Origin: Raillietiella orientalis
Lineage: Eukaryota
Length of the DNA: 64,000 nt
Assembly (NCBI GenBank): GCA_036172245.1
Contig: JAYWIR010000039.1
Span: 1 to 64,000 of the forward strand
Direction of reading: 5' to 3'
Shown here: positions 54,084-64,000 of the stretch, piece by piece
How positions within the stretch are numbered: position 1 is the stretch's first letter
How the letters are laid out: every line of letters begins with the position of its first letter
The notes under the pieces: model-generated
Told to the model about the DNA's origin: nothing
Seen by the model: the letters and a program-made list of their open reading frames with translations, nothing else
Databases searched by the model: none
Translations under genes and position numbers: made by a program

Positions 54084-55799
54084 TGCAGCGTCCACACACA
54101 TGCGGAACCCATTCATCTTCCTACAAGTACCCATGCAAAGATACTAACACATCCACACTCCCCATCCTGTTTTCTTGAAAAATGCTCTTTCTGAAAAATG
54201 CTCACGGATTCGACGACTCATCTGCAGAACCATAGATAGCGGGGGCCTTCGTTTTTCGATCTTTACATGATTCTTAATGATTTGCTCGAACTTTTCTACT
54301 CTTGAACCCAGATCTGGACGGAGTCGGACATGTTTGGTCATCATCGTATTAAATGAAAATTGCCCGTGGCATGAAGGCATGGCTGCCTCCGCTACCACAG
54401 CAACTTTTCTTCAATGTTCCGTTTCTCTTTCGTGATGCAAACGAAATCCGTTCTTACAGTTAAAAGTCCGAAACTTTTCTCAGTCAGTGCTTACAGCAAA
54501 ATCTCTCTATTACGCGGGTCCAGTTACCCTGAGCAACGGAAAGATCCCAGCGATTTGTCGAAAACGAAACACAATCAGATGGGATGGGTTCCCCACATTA
54601 CCGAACGAACAAGTTGACACACAGAAATAATTCATTAAATTTTCAGAACTCACCATAAAAGTTTTAAATCCTGTTTCAGAAAATGTGTTCATAATTCGAA
54701 TCCTTTAGATTGTGCTTTAGCAAATAAACAATACAGTATGTTACCTCATTTCCAGGTTAATGCAGCAAAATAGGCAATGTGCCAACTTCTTTTCTAATTT
54801 TAGGGAGGAACGTTTCCTTCAGTAAATTATTATATCCAGCTACTATCACAAAAGTGGCATCACGAAGCATGCATTTCTTCCCAAGAATGCAGGAAAAGGA
54901 AAGCTTGCACTAAGAAAATGGATGCTGGCAGAAAACTTTGATCTAATTCCCTTAGCCTCCGAATACTTTGTGTTATCATCATTCATGTGTGTTTGGTGTA
55001 CGTGTTTTTTTTTTTTTTTTTTTTGCTTTTGCAAAAATTATGCAAGGGGGTGGGTGGTTTTTGCCTTCTTGGTAATAGCTAAAATTTAAGGGGGATCCAA
55101 CGGAATCTCCAAATGAAAGAATAAAATGCAGAAAGATCCAGAAACATTGGGTATCATTTTTCAGGAACAATCGTGAAAATCGGGGTGAGTCTGACAGAAT
55201 TTTCGGTGTTTTGCTTCTAAATATTCCAATACTTATAGGTCCATTACGACTTTCCAATGAAACACCTCATAAACAAGCGTTTCTTAATATTTGAAAGCAG
55301 GGTTCTGAATAGCAGAGCTTAAGTAAATTTGCATAAAATTGAAAGAAAAAAACCCAAGAAATCAGTGTGGTACACATATGTGGATGCTTTTTTGTTTTGA
55401 CAACATTTTCCAGCAATTCAAAGTGCACAGCATGCCCTCTAGCTGCAAAATTGCTCACCGTTCAGGGGTGCCTTTGCCTTTGTTTCAGTTCTTTTACAGT
55501 TCACTTCTGCAGAATTAATATGCTGATGTGTTTATCTCGAAAACTTCAGATACTCATCACGTGAATAAATAAATAAACAAAAAAAATACATCATAAGTTG
55601 AAATAATACTGGATGAATCATCTTGTCACACGTCAAGAGAATTGGATAACTCAAGAATTGACTCATAAATATCCATAAAAATTGGCCACTCAACTTGAAC
55701 ATCATTGTTCTTGACGAATTCTGAGTGCACCTTTTTCCGGAAACATCCACACTTTACTAATTATTATAATGTAACCCTGAATCCAATCATTTTCCATTT

Positions 55800-56222
55800 A
55801 CCCGTTATTTAGGGACAATGGAAATCCTTGGGTTCTTCTTTTTCTTCTGTCTTCGCTGTTTTCCTTCCAGCTTTTTTTTGTTAGAGTTTTCTTTTTTTTT
55901 CTTTTTGGCTCGCTAAGTATCTCAAGAGCCGGTCGCGTGCCTTGCGGCGTACGTGGCTCTTTAAAGACACTGTTTCGTTTCCACACCTCTCCCCTGCGTG
56001 CAACCCTGCAGGGGGCGTGTAATTCTTTAGTGTAATTCTTCAGGATAGGGGGCACCCTGGGATGAGAGCCCGCCCTATGAATCCAGGAAGGGTTCGGAGT
56101 CCGTTCCTCTCACTCTTGGGGAAGGACCCCCTCGGACGGGGGGGATCGCATCTCCCACCCTGGTTGTCTCCGAAGGGGAACCCCAAAGGGAATCTCCTTC
56201 CTCATCCTCTCCGGAGGGACAC
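55800..56222. repeat. Dispersed repeat family, copy E
   Basis: GC-rich insert in AT-rich DNA; reverse complement of ~12400-12790 and same orientation as 15110-15270. Confidence 0.85.
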
Positions 56223-58945
56223 TGCCAAGGATTATTACTATGTATTATAAATTTACAGTGTTTAAGATACTAGACTCATTTGAATTTCATAAGTCTATAG
56301 AATATTTATAAAAATTTAGAAATATACTTTTCTCGAAACACGAAATTTTAGAATTATATAATTTGCATTTGATATAATTTCTTGCTGTGTCTGAAGATAT
56401 TTAGTGTTTCTACTAGTTCTTTTAGTTCTTCTGTGTATCATACCGATTCTGCTAGTCTTGTCTGCTCACAAATTATCAAGAAAAAAAGGAAGTTTTCTTT
56501 GACAATACTTCGAATGTATTAGAAACATTTGTGAAATGAAAGAAAATCAAAATTGCAATCCCTTAAGACGATGGAAACCAAAAGAAAGTAGGATAGCATA
56601 TTGACACTCGTGACCATGAATTTTCCTTGCTATCTGGAACTTGTTTGAACTATTCATGAACTAATACATTATGAAATGATGCATTAAAAAAGGAGGACCT
56701 ATCGTAGAACTTATGAAGGACACGTATGAAGAATAATGATTGATATTCAGACATGAGACATGAGAAATTCCACATTCAAACACAAGAACAGTTTTTCCTT
56801 TTTACGTTACTAATCGAAATACATTAATTAAAATCCGTGACATTTTGAGATTAGAAATGTGGCTCTCTGTTTTGTGTGTAACAGCGAAAGGTATCCATCA
56901 CAACGCCTGGAAACCTTTTTTTTTTAAGTCTGCTCACGAGGCAGACCTCATCATACCACGGGACCGAGTCGCTTTGGACCTTTTGAAAACATGGATAGGT
57001 CCGTCTCAAACCGTGTTGCAGAACGAGCAGCATCACTTAGTACCTACAAGTTTTTAGTTTACCACATATGATTGTTTGTACTCAAATAGCATAAATGAGT
57101 CATCTACAACCACCTAGAAAGAAGGTAATGTCTTGATGATATTATTTCCAGTATTCGTTTTTAATTTGGAGTAGTAAACAAACGTTTCCTTTGAAGAGAC
57201 CTCAAAGAATAAACCATGAGACGACCATATGGAAGAAGCACTTAGCTGAATGATCAATTCGTGCAGGACAGATTGGTGAAGAATCTCTAATCACACCAAA
57301 AACCTGGGAACTCATCTAAATGATTTTGATGAAAACGTGTTATAGCCAACACGCATAGTATTATTTAATAATTCACGTTTTTGTTAAAACTGGAAATTTT
57401 CGAATTCCACTTTGCTGCCTTCCATAATTTTGTTGGTAGGCTCAAGACAAGTAATAAAAGATTCATTCAAAAGTCTCTGATTAGCTTTTTACATAAGAAA
57501 GTATTGGCTACTTATAAGTTCATTCACTATTTTGAGTGATATATGATTTATATTTTAGAATGTACTGAAAGCACTCCGTCATGACATCGATCATTTGCCA
57601 GCATATTTCCCGAACTCCCCAAATAAAAATATGGAAATGTGAATTTCCGATTAGTTTGAGTTTATGAATATGTTTGTTACCCATGATGATTCGACATATA
57701 AATAGAGAAAAGTGCATTATTATGGTCACATTATTAGTCATCCATACATCCCAAGTCTTGAAAATAAGTTTAAGAATAGATCATTTAATAATCACAAGCT
57801 TAATAACATACTTAACATTTTGGTATTTACATTCGTGTCCGGGCAATCTTTTTTTAATGAATTTTGACTTCTTGGACAAAGCAGTCTTCCAAAATAACAA
57901 AGTAATAGCTTCCAAATAATGGCATTTATCCGAATCGGCTTTGTGAACAAACTGAACCTATAGAGTTGTCATATGCGGATTGTCAGTAGTTTACATTAAA
58001 TTCAGTCTTTGAGACCTTAGCATTCCTATCTTTATTCATTTTAGAGAATAAAAACCACGAACATCAGAAAGCAGAGACTTTCACTCCTAAGTGCATCTCC
58101 TTAAAACATGAGAACCATTCATTTCTTTCAAGTTATGAGGATAAAATGTCCATCATTCACTTGTGACTCCTTTATTATAAATGACAAATCGGTAAATGGG
58201 ATGTGTTAAGAGAAACCCTTGAACCCTTTTGTACTTTCATAGATTTCGTGAGGATACTTGGAATACCAATTTTTGAAAAGTCAGAAAATACTGTCAGTCC
58301 ACACCTATTTGAAGCTGGAGGATATGCTGGATATAATTAGGTGTGAGATTCTTTAAAACAAAATTCCTTTCTTCAAAACCATCGTTGAAGTGACTGCAAT
58401 TTGAGCCGTTTTGTTGTGATTGAAATGCTCAACAAAATGGAAATCACTAATTCACTTTTCAAACAAAATATTAGAATTATGTTGTCTTTAATTTGGTTGA
58501 TACAAGGTAAAATTGATGGGTATTTTAATAGTTTATACATTTAATGATGCAAGCTCAAGTAATCTGCAGTTCAAGCTTTTATTGAACACTAAAAGTCAAT
58601 AATCAGATTGCTTATAAGAACTTCTTTATGAAAATCGTGGTGCAAACTAGTTCTTACATCTCATTTTTTCATTAGTGTACTTTGCATTAGTGCATCATGC
58701 GAGGTTTCGTATGCCGGTAGCGTTGAAAGTGTCCCTTTTGTTTGTTATTGGTAGCCGTGAAACCAGTCTCTCTGTGTTATCTAATGGTTCATTTCGAGCA
58801 AAGTTTGGCTGATGGAAATGTAATTCATAACAATGGAACAAAAGCAAAAAATGAAGTAAAAACAGAGGAAATGAAATTGAATATCCCATGTAAGTGAAAA
58901 TATAAAAGTTGGTACATGTGGCAAGATCGTATTTAAACATCAATA

Positions 58946-61900
58946 ATGTCGAAGAGCCCGACTGCTGAACAAATGAGAAAACAAGGGAATACGTTCTTTA
59001 TGTCAAGAAATTATGAAGAAGCCATTAAATGCTATACGAAAGCTATCGTAAGTTATTACTGAAAAAATGTTCATGTTTCTTTGTAAGTCTCTAAGATTTG
59101 TTAATAATGTTGTAAATTAACTAATCTAGAGGTATAAGTAAACCGAAGCTGTTCGTGTATAAATTGTATGTGAGGAGTAAGAATTACGCTTGAAGCTAAG
59201 GGAGTATAAATAGTTTAACGACGATTTGGCCTGTTGACATTGTAAATGTCTCAATACGTGAACCAAATCCATGTTATTAACAATAAGCGTTCATTGGTAG
59301 TTCGTACGAGCGACTATTGGTATGAAACGAATAAGTATTAGCTTTGCAGATTTTATGTTATAGTGAAGTAGATTGATAGTTTGGCAAAGTGGATTGAGAT
59401 CGAGGATTTCCCATTTTTTTGATAATTCAAGGTTTGCATATGTTGACACACGATTTGCTATAATAAGTATTTCTTCTATGTTATCCCTAATTATGCCTAA
59501 TTGGTGTGACTGCACGAAATGTTGTCTGTTGCATTTTGCCCGATGCAATTTTGTTATAAACTGTTTATGTATCTTTTTAAAAAATTTGTTGCATGTATCC
59601 ATAGTTCAAAAATCCCAGTGTGCCAATATACTTTACAAATAGAGCCCTTTGTTATCTGAAACAAAAGTGCTGGGACTTAACTATTCAAGACTGCAAAAGG
59701 GCATTAGATTTAGATGCTAATTCAGTGAAAGGACATTATTATTTAGGTCAAGCATTGTATGAATTAGAATCTTATGATGAGGCATTAAAACATCTTCAAA
59801 GAGGTAAACTTGTAAATTGATTATTCATTTAGTTTGTAGGTTCATCATTTTTGAAGTATTTTTATGAATAAGATCCTCGTTAAGCATATTAGAACTTTTC
59901 TATAGCATTAAAACGATCGGTAACTATTATCTACTATAATGTAGTTACTTATATATAATGTAATTAGGTTTAATTTAATAGTTAGTGTAACTTGTGAATA
60001 GGTAACAGTAGCAGTAAATCATTAAGCTTCTCGGATTTGTTCTCTTATGAAACCTCAATCCGTTATAAAGTTTTAAGAAATTGTATTGCTTGTCAGAGAA
60101 AGAAAATTTTTGTGTAATGTGGAGTTATCAGAAGATAGAATAAATTTTGAGGATATGCAGATTTAGAAGCTGCATTGTGAGCATGTGTTTACTTCTAATA
60201 ATTTGTAACTTCTAATAAGTGAATTCAGTGAATGAATGTAGAGTATAGAATGGATTTAGTTTTTTTTAGAATGAATATTTTTCTTACAAGTACTTTTTTT
60301 TTAAGCAAATGACTTGCGGAAAGGAAGAAAAGTAAATTGTGGTGATGATATAACTTATGCTTTAAGACTTGTTCGGAAAAAAAAGTTTAGTCTTGCTGAA
60401 GAAAAGAGAATTCAACAAGAAATTGAACTTCAGGTTGGTTGTCAAATATTTTTTTCATGTTCAGAATAATATACTGGGAATTGTGAATAATTTATTCCTT
60501 GTTCCCACCTTATAACTCATGTAAACTACTGGATTTTTTATATTTTCGATTCAATTTGCCCAGAACATAATGAAAGAATGACGTAAATACTGAATTTTAA
60601 TAATTCTAGACTTATTTAACACACTTAATTCTAGAAGATAAGGATCATCAAATTGATAGTCTTCGAAGGTCAAACTCATATGATGAAGTAGAAGACAAAA
60701 TTGCAGCAATTGAAGAGAAGTGTGTAAGTTGAATTCATTTGAAAAATAGATAAGATAACATAATTTTCCATTAATTTTTAATTGATACCTTCCAGCTCTT
60801 ATGTGATTATTAATTTGTTATGCCAAGATTTTTTACAAAGCTTTTATGTGAAGTTTAGTTAATGTATTTATAAAACGTTATATTGAGCCGTAATAACAAC
60901 ATAGCAGTTAATAGTGTGATTACAGTTTTTGAAAGCTGTGAATTTTTATAATATGCTGAATGCTCCTGTAATGGTTTGATAAATGCATTTTTTCAATAAT
61001 TTCTTTGCCTCATGAATTTTAACATTAATGTGTGATCAAAGTAGTACTACTTTTAATGAAAGTCATCGGAGTTATATTGTTGAAAGCTTTTTTTGTTGTT
61101 GCTGTTGTTGTGAAAATGAAGAGCAGATAAATCAAGAGGGACATGACTTATAGTTTTCATACATCAGTGAAGCTGATGATCATAATGAGTATACTGGCAT
61201 TTCATTCAAGATTAGTATACAGAGTGCTAGTACTAGAATTATCAGAAAGTGTTGTGAATTAGTTTTAACATTTTATTTTTTTAAATAAGAATATATTGTC
61301 TCTGTTGCAAAGAAGGAAGGAATAGAGGGATTTGACATAGTTGATAATTTTAAAACTGTCAGTATCCAAATTAAATTTCCTTCTTTAAGAAGACTTTATA
61401 AAAAATCAGTTGAAACAGCTTCTGTCTATCACATTTTTTCAGTTAGTTTTAAGAATTTTTGCCGTAGTTGTTCCAGATACAAATCTCAATACCCCAGTTA
61501 TTCTTCACGAAATTCATAGGTAAAGTATTTGTGAACATAAAGATAGAACGTAATCAAAATTACATCTTTCCCATTTAATAAAAAAAACACAAGTAATACA
61601 CAGGCTCATTGCTTCTTGAATTGACTGTCTATGTATAAGATGGATATGCTTCTATATACTTTTATGGTTCTCAAATCAAAATTGGTTATAGTTCCGGTAT
61701 TTGAATGTTTGATAAACCTGCTTAACTTCATTCTATAAAAGAAGCCTTATAGTTGAATCCTGTTGAATTAATTCAATGCTTTGAAGAATACATATAGGTC
61801 TATGAAATGCTTTTGTTTAAAGTGTATTGCAAAATTTATTTGGTAAATGTTTTTGATTTTGTTTATTAATATTTTATGGATGAGAACTGTAGTGTATAAA

Positions 61901-63321
61901 ATTGTAGAACAGGTTAACTATTTTCTTTTGTATTCCACCCAATGGATATTAAAACTTGTGTTTCAAGACCCATTTGGAGAAGTAAATTGATAACAAAACA
62001 CTGAATTCATATTTAATCGAGGACTTTTTGAATGATTTGCATTGAGGGACTTACTTCTTACTTGTTCAATAATAGAAGGCATTCTTGTTCATCATACATA
62101 AAGTTGTGTAGTAAATGCTTGAACATGATATGATTCGTTACTCATTAAAATTATTTGTATGTAAGTAATTTTAAGAATCTTTATAAATGAAAGAAAGAAA
62201 TCTCCAAACTAAATGTTTAATATTCTGGTTTATTTAGTCTTTGAGTGCAGGTGATGCTAAATAATTGATTCTAATGATTTCTTCGGAGCTGAGTTCGAAA
62301 ACACAGTTTGCATGCAAAAAACAGTATACAACAATGGTGTTTAGAATATTTCAAGGGTTTGGATGTAAGAATTGCAAAGAGCATTTTCAGCACTTTGTAA
62401 TTTATGTGCATGTAAACAGTTCATCTTGACCATCCCCCATCGTTCTAGAGCATTTTGAAAATTTTAGAATTAAAAAGCTTTTGGGTTAAAAGAAGATGCA
62501 TTTTGATTTCAGATAATGTATCATGGGTTATAATTGTTGTTGAACTACTTTGTGTCACATAGCCTTTTGTTATAAAAAGGAGATACTATACTGTGATGGA
62601 TTTGGGGTAAACAGGAGTTGACACCGTTCATTGCAAATCTTTGGTTCTTGCTGTTGTTTATAAAATTGGGGACACTCTAATATCCACTGTTTTCATTTTG
62701 TAATCTGATAATAAATGCATGGATTTTCGTTCTCTTGAAAATAGTTGAATTATTGCTGTGTACACACACACACACAAAAAACATTTAAATGAACTTTTCC
62801 AGTAAGTTGTTTGTGAGGATTCTCACTCAAAAACAAACGTATTTAGAGATGTATATTTTTTTTACCAGTTGATGAATGAAAAAGTGAGTTGGATGTCAAT
62901 AATTAAAAAAGAGTTCATTTACTGAAGTGAACAATTCTAGCGTTTTTTGCTTTTTTCACAGACAAGAGAGAATGTAATATGATTGGTATTCATGCTATGT
63001 GTGAATTTTGGATATAAGAGACATGAGCATATGTTTGTACGAACATAGTAAATGTCTGAATTCTTTTTGTACTCATTTTGTTTGCATATTGTAGGATAAG
63101 TACGTGGCAGAGTTAAATGCATTGTTTGCTAAAGTAGATGAGAGAAGAAGAGTAAGGATACACTTCTGATGAGACTGAAACTATATCTTCATCTTCTGTT
63201 GCAGAAAAGAGAGATTCCGGATTACTTATGTGGAAAAATTAGTTTTGAAATAATGAAAGAGCCAGTTATCACTCCAAGTGGAATTACGTATGATCGTGAA
63301 GATATTGAAGAGCATTTGCAG
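58946..63321 (+). CDS. STUB1: E3 ubiquitin ligase CHIP (TPR + U-box), 3'-incomplete in window
   Basis: Phase-consistent exons: 58946-59047, 59605-59803, 60306-60433, 60610-60723, 63095-63151, 63205-63321. They encode TPRs ([31 protein letters not shown]), [19 protein letters not shown] and the U-box ([30 protein letters not shown]). The final exon is not seen before 64000. Confidence 0.96.
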
Positions 63322-64000
63322 GTATTTTTTCGAAACACGTGAAGATATGAAATTGTAATCTGATGTAATAGCAGGCGTTCCGGATATTGTCTTATTAGGA
63401 ATCGTGAGTTGTGTTATTGCAAGTTAAAATTATTTAAATGCTAATTACAGTAAGGTGGCTTCTAATTGCCTTCTCTTATGTTATAGCTGAAAGTTTGGTG
63501 TTTCTGTTTTTCGTGTTGATTTCGCCATTGTTATAAGAGTAAAAGCACCACAAGATAACAGAAGAGAAACAACAGACTGTTGAAATGCTTTTGAACAGTC
63601 TGTCTTTTAATTGTTATTAAGCAGCTGTTTAGATCCAAGCTGAAGAGCCACGTACCGTTATTTTTGTTGCTGTGTTTTGGGAAGCTTTAATTTCCTGGAA
63701 GTCTCGTTTTCTCGATCTCTCATAACTAAGTCTCCCATATTGAATTCATTCCTTTTTAATCTTTTTGTTCTTATGCACCCATTGGAACTGTGCGAAGCTG
63801 CTCAGTAAAGTTGAAGATTTTGATGTTTATCCATCAAGAATCCAGCCAAAGTGGTAGGATTCGTGTATATTATGAAAAGGTTCTGATCGTTGCGAGCCCT
63901 TTGTTCTTCTTTCTTATCGGCTACATCTTAAATTTTCAGCATTCTTCAAGTTGGAAATGTGATTTCTTGTTGGATTGCAAAAGCTACACCATATATTTGT

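Larger units (their letters stand above)
46050..58700 (-). pseudogene. VPS13B-like relic, N-terminal and central parts (exon-like fragments)
   Basis: A chorein-N-like stretch lies at ~58690-58500 across three frames (AKY.., DVRTSL....EVLISNL, KSLN..LELAS, TIKIP). Further down are LHFG...QVLRICVCW....W (48430-48270; cf. LRFGQ...QLLHICI...WRWS) and VIRVP..S.AFIW...VMFTP (47135-47010; cf. VIQVP...YVW...IVFSP). Many exon-like pieces with splice-like edges, stops and frameshifts. Confidence 0.4.

Overview
Eukaryotic (animal, probably arthropod; inferred from gene content and short introns) genomic DNA with spliceosomal GT-AG introns and sharp alternation between GC-rich blocks (~1-17 kb, ~33-46 kb) and AT-rich blocks. 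Four multi-exon genes could be traced by hand. They are a type II membrane M1 aminopeptidase-like gene whose catalytic motifs are all substituted (minus, 16609-1511), EPG5 (minus, 29776-21211), a CTIF-like MIF4G gene (minus, 45292-36480) and STUB1/CHIP (plus, from 58946, last exon outside the window). Between them lie what look like deletion-riddled relics: a VPS13B-like gene that runs from head-to-head with STUB1 down to just before the EPG5 start and brackets the CTIF-like gene, a weaker HMGXB4-like relic, mitochondrial (NUMT) fragments, Helitron and L1/Tx1-like fossils and an ankyrin fragment. There is also a dispersed GC-rich repeat family and several inverted-repeat elements. All homology calls rest on motifs recalled from memory; no search was run. 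No prokaryotic system, CRISPR array or RNA gene was found.
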